Below are positions 27,777 through 39,086 of a stretch of 64,000 nt of DNA, one piece after another. Below the pieces are notes generated by a model that worked only from the letters and a program-made list of their open reading frames with translations, was not told the DNA's origin and ran no database searches. The translations under genes were made by a program, and so were the position numbers. The stretch lies in contig CM052832.1 in the NCBI GenBank assembly GCA_028534125.1, positions 23,314,001-23,378,000 on the forward strand, written 5' to 3'. Each line of letters starts with the position of its first letter. Within the stretch, counting starts at the first letter, position 1. Source of the stretch: Lama glama. Lineage: Eukaryota.

Positions 27777-29495
27777 AAAATATAAAAGGCTGTAGATTTA
27801 AAATTAGATTTATAGGAATATTTTAGAGTTTCACATCTATTTTCTAAGATAATACTCCATTTTGACAATCTTGTGACAATGTTGAGAAGTTCTAGCCACC
27901 TTGGAGTAGAAAACACTTTTCTGCCTCTGATGTAATGATTCTGTCAACAGTGATGGCATTAAATATACTCTAAATACTGAATGTTAGTCCATAAGCAGAA
28001 AGGGCCCTTTCAACAGAGATGACCTCCTTATTTTACAGTAAACGAGGGAAATAATATCTAAGCTCTATCTTCTCTATTCCTTTGGTCTCATTCCATGAAA
28101 CAGTTGATCAGGATATACTGATAAGATGTGTTCTAAATAATATTTGCTAAATTTAGAGCAAAATTAGATTCTAGGGTCAAAATTGGGTAACGACTTATCC
28201 TTTGTTCTCCAACTTTTATTAAATCTCAGCACCATTTCCCTCACCTTCTACGGCTTACCTTGAATAGTTTCCTCCAGCCATTGTCAGAGCTAGAATATCC
28301 AGTCTATCAACCAACCAGATATCATTGCATTCACCTGTTTTCAAACCTAATCTCAAATTACTAACCTGTGTACTTTGGCCAACTCTTTCTACCAAAATAG
28401 AGTATGAGATCTTGTTTTTAGAAGAACCAAATGTGTCACTATATTTATATTTATGACCGGGCTTAGATGAGAATCTGGGCATCAGCTTATTCAAGCCATG
28501 CTAATTTACTGAGTTGGTATTGCTGGAAGGGCTTTAAAAAGCATCCAGACAACAGACTCATGCCACTGTCTACGAACCAAAAGGGGATGCATTTCAATTA
28601 AACAAATATTTTAAAAGTATTTGTATCAGGCACTGTGCCAAGCACTGGGGAAGAATAATAAATAGCATGGACGTGGTCTCCGCCCACGAAGCTTGTAGTC
28701 TGGGAAAGACAGATATGCGTGTGTAAGAAAGATATGTGTGCACTGTATGTGAAAATCACCTCTCAGGCAAAAATGAAACAAAGCACTTAAGAATAAGGGT
28801 TTAATGTTTCCCAAAATAAAACCAACAAATATTTTCAGGCATATCCCCTGTTCATCCCAATTGTAACTTTTTGGTTGTAATGATCAGCCCCTCTGTGAGG
28901 AGACAGCAGTGCTCCCCAGCTAGTCTGTTGATGCCCCCTTATGAGTCCGGTGGGGTGGTGGACTGATCTGGCCACTAGTCAATGAGCAGAATCACAGGAC
29001 AGGTATGAGTTCTTTTCTTGATCTATTCCCCTAACTCTGTGAACGCTAAGGACTCATGTAGAGATGGTGGATCTACAAGATCAAAGAAGCCTAGAGCAAC
29101 GAGTAAACCACATGAAAGGAAGCCCTGGGGAGTTGCCTGAACTGGCCCAGAGCTTTACAGAGTAAGAAATCAACTTCTGTTGTTAAAACTGTTTAACTGC
29201 TATTAAATAAACTTTTGCCAAAAGAACCTGTCATCTTAATATACCATCTCATCACATTAAACAAAAAATGTTCTTCAACTTCGTAGTAAGAGTTTATTTA
29301 GTTTGCATTCATTTGGCAAATACCTACTGACCGCCCAGTATGTGTTAGGTCCTGCTTTATATGCCAAGAATGCTGTGATGAACAAGACGAGGTCCCTGTA
29401 GCCACAAGGAGCTTATATTTCAGTGGGGAAGACAGACAATAAGCAACTAAAAATTTCAGGCAGTGATAAAGGCAACAAAGGAAATAAAGACCTTA

Positions 29496-29660
29496 TTTTT
29501 TAATTTAATTGATTTTAATTTCTTTTCATTAAAAACAATTGAGGGGCAGGGAGTTAGGCTTATTTATTTATTTATTATTTTAGAGGAAGTACTGGGGATT
29601 GAACCCAGGACCTCGTGTATGCTAAGCATGCACCCTACTACTTGAGCTACACTCTCCCCC
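29496..29660 (-). mobile_element. Vic-1-like SINE with TSD
   Basis: Antisense SINE with TSD AAGACCTTA at 29487-29495 and 29661-29669. Confidence 0.88.
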
Positions 29661-29699
29661 AAGACCTTACTTCTTAATCCTCCCCCATTTTTACTCACC

Positions 29700-31850
29700 C
29701 CTCTTACATCCTTGCCTTCCTCCCTACTCAACTCAGATTCTGTTCTCCATCATTATGTTCATTGTCCTGCCCAGCGCTTCAGTTCACCTGCCCCTCTCCT
29801 TTCTCCATACTTATCTGACAAAAGGCCAACCTGGTTACATCCAATCCTTTGCCACCTTTGCAGCTACTCCCAGTAGCTGAATATGGCTGGAGAAAAACAA
29901 TAATCCTGTCTGGTCTCACTCTGACCTCAACGGGTCCTCTGCAGCTACAACAAACCTACTACATTCCCCAGTCTATTCATGCCCCATTCTCCTATATGAC
30001 TAGTTCACATTTCTTCTTTCCTGAAACCTCCAACTATCCTCTCCCATCCTCATTGTCAACGACTTTGCTCCTGATTTCACTGATAAACTCAAAGAAATAA
30101 GAACTTCTAAAGCTTCCACAAATCTGCCAACCCCACCCGGTGTCTGTACCCATATCCTCTGTCTTTCTTTCTGCTACTACGTAGAAATTGTCTGTTAATC
30201 TATCTACGGTCAACTCCTCCACTTGTGTACCAGGTTCCATCTCCTCTCATCTCCTAGGTAGTCATGGAGATGTGTCTCCTCCATCCCCCTTCAAGGAAGG
30301 ACCTGTTGCCCAGCTACAGAGCCCGTGGTTAACAGACAGCGTCCATCTGTCAGGGGCTGCCCCAGCTGTAGAGTCACTTCACCTGAGGCCATGCCCTTCC
30401 TAGGGCAGCTTGCATGCAGTGACTGAGCAAGGTGGGTGTAAAAAAGCCTAGCCCTGCAGGGCATTCTGAAAAGCTGTACTCACCCCAGAGCTCCCCACGG
30501 GGTTATGCTGAGGCTTTGTCAGAGCTGCTTCACAGTTTGACCTCTTTCTCTGCCGATCTTGCTTTCTCCCCCTTCCTTTGACGGGTACTGATCTCCAGTC
30601 AATATCTGGCACCCCCAATTCTGTTTCTGCATCTGCACAGAGAGAACCCCACTTGACATCCCCTGCCTCTCTTCCATCATCATTTTCCTCCATGTACTGA
30701 TTCCTTTTCATCATCATATAAACATACAGTAACATTTCCCTTCTTACAGACCAAACTCCCTTTGAGTAACTGCTCCATTTCTTGACTCCCCTGAAACAGC
30801 AAAATTCTTGGGAAGTGTCTGAACCCATCCCTTGACTACCTGTTTTTAACCCCACTTCTGGGCAGCTCCATACTCACCACCTCCCAGAAATAGCTCTTAT
30901 TAGTGTTGCTGATAATTCGTCATTCTTATATCCCATGGTCAATTCTCAGTTCTCATCTCACTTGACCATTTAGCAGCCTCTGACCCAGCTGATTGCCCTC
31001 TCTCCTCTCTCCGCCTTAGACAATTCTTCATCACTCGGCTTCTGACACACAACCTTTTTGCTGGATTCTTTTCCCACTTCATTGGCTATGGTTGCTCCTT
31101 CTCATCTCCTTTGCTGGTTCCACTTACTTTCCTGAGCATCTAAACATTGGCGAGCTCCAGGGTACAGTCTTGATGCCCTCCTCATCTCTGCTATCACTTT
31201 GTTAGTGATTTCCTCCAGTCTCAGGGCTTTAAATACCATCTACTATGTGTTGACAACTGCTACATTTGTATCTTGAGTTAAGAGTTTCTTCTGAATGCCA
31301 CTCTCACATCCAACTGCCTATTCTGAATCTCCATTTGGACGCTAACAGGAATCTCAAACCTAATATACCTAAACAAAACAACTGATTCCCTTCCCTATCA
31401 CCCATCCCCAGCCCCCTCAATCCCTCATCTCAGTAAATAGCTACTCTGTTCTGGTTATTGAACCAAAACCCCGAAGTCATCATTGATTTCTTTGTCACTT
31501 ATAACCCACACTCAATACTTTAGAGAATTCTTTAGAATATATCCAGTATTTTTCCATTGCTCTCATTTACTTAAGATCTCTTTTCAAATGTCATCTTATT
31601 AACAAGATCTTCCTTAATTATCAAATATGTAAAATAAAATCCCATCCATCCTACTGATACTTCCTATCTCCTTTAACTTGCTTTATTTTTATAGCTACTC
31701 ATCATACCACATATTCATTTGTTTGTTCACTGTTTCAACTAGAATGTAAGCCTGAAGATGGCAGGGACTTAGTTCTGTTCTCTAGCTCCTCGCAACCGTT
31801 AGAGAGTAGGTGCTCAATAAGTACGTTTGAATGAAAAAAATGAATGAGTG
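29700..31850 (+). mobile_element. Old L2 LINE remnant interrupted by an LTR
   Basis: Pyrimidine-rich L2-like body (ggctttaaataccatcta, atctccatttgga, ctagaatgtaagc) ending in the L2 3' tail ctcaataagtacgtttgaatgaa...tgaatgagtga. Confidence 0.75.
30262..30657 (+). mobile_element. ERVL LTR16-like solo LTR
   Basis: ttcaaggaaggacctgttgcccagct...gaggccatgcccttcctagggcagc...ccagagctccccacgggg...gagaaccccacttgaca. Confidence 0.65.
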
Positions 31851-32121
31851 AAAAAGAATGATAAGGGAACAGTGGTGGTATTGGGTGAGGAGATACACTT
31901 GAGCATAGAGCTAAATGATGTGAAGGTGAAAATCACTTGAAGATTCTGAGGGGAAAGCAGTCCTGCCTGGCAGAAAAAAGCAAGTGGAAAGCCCAAAAGT
32001 AGAGAAGAGCTTGGTTTTTCGGGAGAACAGCAAATGTTTGTGTAGGAGAAACAGCCAAGAGTGTCAGTGAGATGAGATCAAGATTGTCAGCAACTGGGAT
32101 TATGTAGAACCTTATAAACCA

Positions 32122-32566
32122 TGTGGACAAAAAAATGTTGCCTGCCATTCCAGTACACAACAATGTTGCCTGCCATCAAACCATTAGCCACTGAGCCCTG
32201 AGGGGAATTCAGGACAGAGAAAAATAGGATACTGGCCTTAGATAGTTAAGGGGCATACCTGGGGAATAATTTCCAATGAGCCCAGACTCTTGCATCTTCC
32301 CACTCATAGAAAAGCATTAAAATCATTAACTTGAGATGTCTGTTTTGTGTGTGTGTGTGTGTGTGATTAGCAGTAATCTTTTGATGTTTGACAACATCCT
32401 TTTTTTTCCTCTTCCCAGCAAAAACTCCTATATATCCCAGCTCTTCCCTTACCTCTTCAGAGCAGTTCCTCAGAGATATGTGAGCTGTCTCCCACGCTAT
32501 AGTTCTCAGTAAGTTACCCAAGTAAAACTCGAAACGTTTAGATTGTGCGTTTTTCTTCAGTTGACA
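32122..32566 (+). mobile_element. ERV1-type solo LTR inserted in an L2 remnant
   Basis: TG...CA termini (TGTGGAC / GTTGACA), near 4-bp TSD (ACCA/ACCC), TATA-like CCTATATATC, AGTAAA near the 3' end, and an internal (TG)n run. Confidence 0.75.
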
Positions 32567-33774
32567 ACCCTAAGTATTTTGAATTGTATTCCAAGTATGA
32601 TGGGAAGCTACTACAGAGTGTTTGAGCAAGAGAATATCCAATCTGATAATTAAAACAAACTCCACTTGGCTTCTAAGTGACTGGTAGGAGGTGGGGGTAG
32701 CAATGTGGAAGTAGCCTAACCAATGAGACACTATGTCAAAATCCAAGCGAAAGAGAGTGGACAGGGTTTGAGTGACATCAGTAGAGTGTGAAATGGTTTA
32801 AAATTTAAGGGTAGAAATGGCAGGATTTGCTTATGTTTTCAGTAGAGGCATAAAAGGAAAGGAGAAGACTCAAAAAAAATGTCTAATTTTTCCTTATAAA
32901 CCGAATCCATTCAGGCAAATTTAACTCATCATAGTTCCATTAAGTTCACCCAGTAAAAGGATCCTTTGGGAAGCTAGTGATTGAGGTGTTAGGGACGGAA
33001 ATGAAAGGGAATCACGTATAAATACGGGGCATTTGAGGGGGGAAAGCACTCTGTTCAGTTTTTTCAGTGTTGGGTTTTTAAGGTATCTGCGGAGCTGGCC
33101 TGGAACTGGGATAAGAGTCTGGACTGGGCAGTACCGTATTTCCTCTATTATAACCAACACACACGATTTCCCCCTACACTTACAAGTCCGGAAACCCTTT
33201 TGTCTCCGGTGACATGAACTTTCAACGTGGTAGCGTCGTTTTCCTTACGGGTCGCTTCCTTACAAGCGATGAGGCCCTCCGAATACAGCAGATTTGGGAG
33301 TCTTCCTGAGCGTGATCTCTGGGACCTAAATGAGGTCGCTCACTTAATTCCCCTCAACCTCTGGGAAATACTGCAGCAGCCACTTCGCGGGACGTAAACT
33401 TCTTCACCACCGCCCCCTCCCCGACGCCCGTCCCCTCCCGGCCCCGCGGCCGCTCCTCCTCTTTTCCGGGAACGAGCCTCGGAGACAATACACATGCAGG
33501 CCCCCTAGCGTTCTTCCGTTCGGCGCCGCCCCGCCGGCCCTGGGCCCGCTCTCGCCTGCCGCCCTCCGCCCGGGACGCACGGCTGTCCGCTTTCCCAGAG
33601 GAGCCCGGACGCGACGCCGGACGCCGCCCGTGCGGCCCCGGAGCGCACGGCCCCTCCCTCCGCCCGAGCCGGGGCGACCCCGCCCCGCCCGGGCTTCCCG
33701 CGGAGGCGCCGGCCCGCCCCGCCTCCCCCACCCCGCGCGCGCCAACTCCCAGCCCGTGCCCCTGATTGGCCGCC

Positions 33775-33955
33775 GCATTCCCGCTTTCCTTCCCGAACCG
33801 CCATTTTGAAAATCTTGTTGATTCTGGGCAGCGGAGAGTGCGGCGCGAGCGTCACGCCAGCGAGCGGCCCGCGCGCTTCCCCCTCGGCGCCCGCCGCCGC
33901 CTCTCGGAGCCTCTTCGTGCCCTCGCGCGCCAGGCCTGCGGCGGCCGGACCCGCG
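33775..33955 (+). other. DEK: DEK exon 1 (non-coding 5' UTR; start approximate)
   Basis: Ends at donor GCG|GTGAGG (GT 33956-33957). The next acceptor cccgcag|GTCCACAGTATG at 34320/34321 leaves 9 nt before the ATG. The TSS is inferred from its position downstream of the CCAAT box. Confidence 0.8.
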
Positions 33956-34329
33956 GTGAGGGCCGCGTCGGAGAGGGGAGGCCGAGAGGGCGCCGCTGGG
34001 CCCGCCTGCACCGCCGCGGCCATTTGGACGGCGGCCTGGGGCGGGGGAGGGGACGCGGGGCGGCCGGCGGCGCGGGCCGGGCGGTGGGAGGGGCGGCTCG
34101 GCGCCCGCGCTTTCCCGCCTCGGGACGGCCCGCGGGGCGGGAGGGAAGCCGCCCCCAGGGAGTGAGCGCCGCCGTCCCGGCTACGCTGGGAGGCAACTTT
34201 GAGGTCGGGTTGCCCGCGGCCCCCTCGGGCGGTGCTGGGTCGGTCCACCGCGGGCCGCGCGTCCTTCCCGCCGCCAGGGGCGAGGGGACCGAGACGTCTG
34301 GCTTCCGTCCCCGCCCGCAGGTCCACAGT

Positions 34330-34480
34330 ATGTCCTCCTCGGGCCCTGCTGCGGAGGGAGAGGGAACCCCCGCCCAGCCTGCGTCCGAGAAAGAACCCGA
34401 AATGCCCGGCCCTAGAGAGGAAAGTGAAGAGGAGGACGAGGACGAGGAGGAGGAGGAGGAAGAAGAGGAGGAAGAGAAAG
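34330..34480 (+). CDS. DEK: DEK exon 2 coding part (151 nt; MSSSGPAAEGEGTPAQPASEKEPEMPGPREESEEEDEDEEEEEEEEEEEK)
   Basis: ATG at 34330. Translation matches the DEK N-terminus with its acidic tract. Donor AAG|GTGGGG. Confidence 0.97.
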
Positions 34481-37472
34481 GTGGGGAAGGAGTCTTGTTC
34501 CTCGCGATGGATTTTACCGAACACAGTTTTCTGGCTCTTTTTGCGCTTAGAGACGCTAAATCGGAGTGGTTTTCAGCAAGAATTGTTTGCAGAATTGTCT
34601 GCTTTTTTTGTGTGTTGAGCGGTAGCAAATAACTTTGTGAATTTCGGTTTTTGAAAAATACTTGTTCCTTTGTTATTACATACTCTGGAGTGCAGTCGCC
34701 TTCTCGCCAGCAATACCGGTTCATAATATTTTATCATTTGACAGGAAGTATGTAAGTTTCAGATCTCTTTTAAAAACTGCTAGCCTTTGAGGTTACTAAG
34801 ATAATGTTTTATTTTTGCTAGCTTGAGTACTCATCCTTTGCATTTTGAAGGTATTGTAAGATCTTTAATGAAATCACACGTTGAGGCTTGAAGAAGTTAT
34901 TCATATTGGTCCTGGAAGTATTTTAATAGTTTTAATATGCTTTCTGAACTTCAGCAGACGTTGTTTTCAGAGGCTTAGGGGGAGTTACTTTCGTGGGGAA
35001 ACACCGGTGAAAGCTGTTGTTACTTGAGAAAGTTAAGTCCGAAAGCAGTGAACTATGAAAGAAAGTTAAATATGAGCTCAGAGCTGTCTCAGTTTTGGTT
35101 TTGAAGGAGGGCAGTAATAACTGCTGGTTGGAGGCATGAAACACGAACCTTGCAGAATTGAGGAGTAGTACTCGCATCAGTTCATCCGAGATGCATGGGG
35201 CAAGTGCCTCTGAGGTACGCCAGCTTCCTAAAGTGTTTGCAACCACTTAAAAATTAAATCACGGATCTTACCGTTCTTGGATGATACTAGCCCAGCCTAG
35301 ATTTATTTAATATATGAATACAGCTCATCCAAACTTGGAAGAGGTTTGAGATTTTCGATTGAAACCCAGGCTTAACTTTTCAATTAAAAAAAAAAAAAAC
35401 CTAAACCAGTGCTTGGTCAGCATTTTTAAAGTACAATCTGGGTTGAGATTACACGGTGTGCCTTTTGTTTGTCTAAAGTGGTAGGTGCTCAAATAGGGAA
35501 GCATGTCCAAGTTTAATCACAGAAATGCTTAGGAAAAGATACAAATTATCTTTAAATTATTCATTATATAACTGAAGATTGGCTGAAGTATATCGCTACT
35601 AGTCCAAGACTTTGTCAGCACTTTTTCCTCCAATTTTTCGTTTTGGATACCATAGAGATGGTGAATTTCTTAATGTCAAGAAAAAATTATAGAAGCCATG
35701 TAAAAATACTATAAATGACCAACACAGTAATGACTGGGGGGACTGATGGTATTTCAAATTGCGATTTTATTTTTAGCATGAAATTTTTTAAAAATTATTT
35801 CCAAGCAGTTCTATAGTTGTCCTAATTTATTATTGTTCTGTTTTCCTCATTTGAAGTGTTTGTGGAACAATTAAAATTATGAATGTTTTTATCCTACTTA
35901 GCCCTGAAAATTTAACTCTACTACTCAGGTGTCATAGACACGAGACAGTGAAATTTGTGCCAAACATGAGGTGGAGTTGACTTAACTTGGCAGTGGTTTG
36001 TGGGGTGAGGAGAAGGGAGGCAGGAGATGCCTAGTCGAAGGTGACTCCTAGGTTTTTGTCTTTGGCAGCTGGGTGGCTAATATTACCATCTTCTGAAAAA
36101 TAGAATTCATGAAGATGAGCCAGCCTGGAGATGATTATGACTTCTGTTTTGGATGCATTGAGTTTTGGAGCCGGTAGGACATGAAATGGAGCTGTCCAGT
36201 TGGCAGCCCCGTTGTTTGATCTAAAGCTCAGGAGAAAGCACTGTACTGGAGGTAGACCAGAAAAGTCCTTAGCTGGTAATCAACAGCAAGCAAATGGCTT
36301 AAGCCACTCAGGGAAAGGAGGTGGAGTGATAACCAGGGTTGCTTCTCTGCATTCTCCACACCATCGCCAGGAAATACCTGCTGGGATCCCTTTCTTTTTA
36401 CTAATTCTTTCTGTGCAGATCTTTACATCTCCAAATTTTACCCATCCTTCAAAGCCAGCTCCAGTGCCTTGATCCTTTTTCCCTAATCCCCAAAGAATTA
36501 CTCTTTTCTCAATTCACAACTTTTATTTGTATCGTTTTGGAAGTGTTTTATCATCCTCTACTTTGGAGTATAGTATTTGTGTCTCATCAACCCCGGTAGA
36601 CATGATCTCTTTTAAGAAATACTCAATTTCTTAATCATCTGTTGATCCTCCCTTAGTATCTAGTGCAGCTTTGCACAAAACAGGCATTCAGTTGAGTGAA
36701 TGCAGGAATTTCCAGCAGTATATAGGGTCCTTTTATCTGACTTTATCTCAGTAAGTAAATGGCTTTAGAATATCAAGCTTAATGTTTTAAGCTTTAAAAT
36801 ATAATGTATTTCCTAGCTTTTTTTTTTAAAGCAGGCTGGGCTGAACATTTCAAAACCTTTTTACAGTGATTTGTGATCATTATGAACATAATCTCTTGAA
36901 GTGCCCCTCCCAGTTGTCTTAAATGTACACTTGCAGAATTTTACCCTAGCCATAGTAACTCTGTGCTGCTCTGCCTTATGGTTCTTGTCTTTGTTTTGTC
37001 AGCTTACCAAATTATTGCTTTCCCCTGTGTATATCTTTTGAAGTTCTTAAAATCTCAATCTAAACTTGCTGTTTTCTTCTGTAAAGTGCACTGTGAATCC
37101 CAATAAATGGAATTATGTCTAGTCAGAGTAGACTTAGGGTGTTGTTGATTTTTCACAAATAAAGTGACTGGATTTCTACAGCAGTATTTATAGTTGGATC
37201 AAAAGTTTGTTTGCATTCTGATTTGATTTTATTTTTTTTGACTGGATCCCCTGTGGTGTTGGCAGGTAAGTGAAATGTTACTGTTAAAAAACTTCAGTGA
37301 TGCTATTAACTTATGAAATATTTTTATCTCTGTTATGTCATTTGTTTCTCAAAATCATGCTCAGAAGACTAAGGTATTAGGTGTCTGCTATTTTCTTCTA
37401 CATGTTTATCCAATAAAGTTAATACAGTCTTTAAGCTTTTAGTTATTTAAAAAGTATTAAATTAACTTCTAG

Positions 37473-37574
37473 AAAAGAGTCTCATCGTGGAAGGCAAGAG
37501 GGAGAAGAAAAAAGTAGAGAGGTTGACAATGCAAGTCTCTTCCTTACAAAGAGAGCCATTTACAATTGCACAAG
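37473..37574 (+). CDS. DEK: DEK exon 3 (102 nt; EKSLIVEGKREKKKVERLTMQVSSLQREPFTIAQ)
   Basis: ttctag|AA acceptor and CAAG|GTAAGT donor, phase 1/1. Matches recalled DEK sequence. Confidence 0.97.
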
Positions 37575-37803
37575 GTAAGTTTATGTTTATTTCATTTTAT
37601 AGTGAAAATGCCTAATATACAAAACGATGGTTAGCAGTGCTTCATTTTTAGTGTTTACTAAATAGTAGTATATTATTGGTGTAATTTTTAAAATTTTTCC
37701 TAATTAGAGCAGAAGTTACATGTAAATTATGTTGTAAAAATAGTTCTCATTAAATTAAATGTGCTAACACATAATGAATATTTAATATGGTATTTTTTTC
37801 TAG

Positions 37804-37913
37804 GAAAGGGGCAGAAACTTTGTGAAATTGAAAGGATACATTTTTTTCTGAGTAAGAAGAAAACAGATGAACTTAGAAATCTACATAAACTGCTTTACAA
37901 CAGACCAGGCACA
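37804..37913 (+). CDS. DEK: DEK exon 4 (110 nt; GKGQKLCEIERIHFFLSKKKTDELRNLHKLLYNRPGT)
   Basis: tttttctag|GA acceptor and ACA|GTAAGA donor. The peptide is visible in ORF 37761..37982. Confidence 0.97.
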
Positions 37914-38991
37914 GTAAGACTTTTTATACCTTTAACCAAGTCACATATTTATGTGATAAAATACTTCACAATAGAAGCCTAATTTTCGTCCTGGAAAGGA
38001 CTTAAGTGATCAACTGGATCAATTTCCTACTTTACAAGTGAGCCAGCTGAGACAAAACCTGAGACAAGTGTGCCTCAGGTTTTGGCTGACTTACACAGAT
38101 AGGACATGTAGCAGCTGGATGTCAACCATTAGTGTGGCAATATCCAGGGTCCTGTATACTGTAGTTGTTTTTAGGCCAATCTCATATTTCAAATTGTGAA
38201 ATCCAAATTATGATGATATTAGTGATCTTTAACTGTATTAGGAGAAATTTATACTTTGGATGTTTTTAAGCATTCAGAACAAATGATACGTATTGTATCT
38301 TGTTTGAGCAAATAACTAATAAATTAGGTGGTAATTCTTTGGCAATGTATTTGTTAGAATAAATCGGCGTTTCATTTACTGAATTATTACACTGTACACA
38401 CAGCTTTGGTATTGCATATAAGTGAGGAGATTTTGCTTTGGGCTGTACACAGGCAAAGTAAAGCTTGATATTGTTAGACTGAAGCATGGTAAAATTTATT
38501 TTCATGTGTTACCTTATTCAACCCTCACAACAGTCTAATTTACACAAGTCTCATTACTGCTAAATGGTATTAACTTTTGAAGGTGCTCTGTTCTTTACTT
38601 TTTAAAGACAGAATCCCTGACTTTCTGATTTGGAAAATAAGAATTACTCCTAGTAACTTGTATTACTTGAGGAAAGAATGTCTTTTTTAGTAGTAACTTT
38701 CCATATCCCTTGGTGCTATCAGAAAACATTTAGTTGGGGGTTTATAATTACAGTAAAAATTCCCAGATGAAATTCATCCAAATTCAAACTGTTATTTTCA
38801 AAGAATTAAGTTTGTAAACACTTTATAATGTTAATATTTTAGTAATAAATACAGTTTTCCATTGTGAATAAAAATGTTGAGTAAATCAATACTGTAACAT
38901 GGAGATAGTTGTGAAAATAAAGATGTTGACTTTAAATTTTCTCTTGTGTATGTTACTGGGTAATAAGCATTAATAATGGAAACATTTTCAG

Positions 38992-39086
38992 GTGTCCTCA
39001 TTAAAGAAGAATGTGGGTCAGTTCAGTGGCTTTCCATTTGAAAAAGGAAGTACCCAATATAAAAAGAAGGAAGAAATGTTGAAAAA
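38992..39086 (+). CDS. DEK: DEK exon 5 (95 nt; VSSLKKNVGQFSGFPFEKGSTQYKKKEEMLK)
   Basis: ttttcag|GTG acceptor and AA|GTAAGT donor. Frame is continuous with the flanking exons. Confidence 0.97.

Larger units (their letters stand above)
33380..34520. promoter_or_regulatory. DEK: CpG island / DEK promoter
   Basis: Very GC- and CpG-rich block spanning exon 1, intron 1 and exon 2. Contains GC boxes, an inverted CCAAT (ATTGG 33765-33769), E2F-like GCGCGCCAA (~33737-33745) and TTCCCGC (33778-33784), and a YY1 core CCGCCATTTT (33798-33807). NF-Y, YY1 and E2F control of the DEK promoter is established. Confidence 0.92.

Noticed and set aside
33354..34724. Long ORFs over the DEK CpG island (339 aa and 290 aa on the minus strand; 288 aa on the plus strand through intron 1)
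   Set aside because: These are stop-poor GC-rich shadow frames with low-complexity R/G/A/P content. Only the 34330-34480 part is real DEK coding sequence.
34745..34757. Possible 7-nt microexon (gacag|GAAGTAT|GTAAGT) in DEK intron 2
   Set aside because: Weak pyrimidine tract and weak exonic donor bases. It cannot be told from chance without reads.
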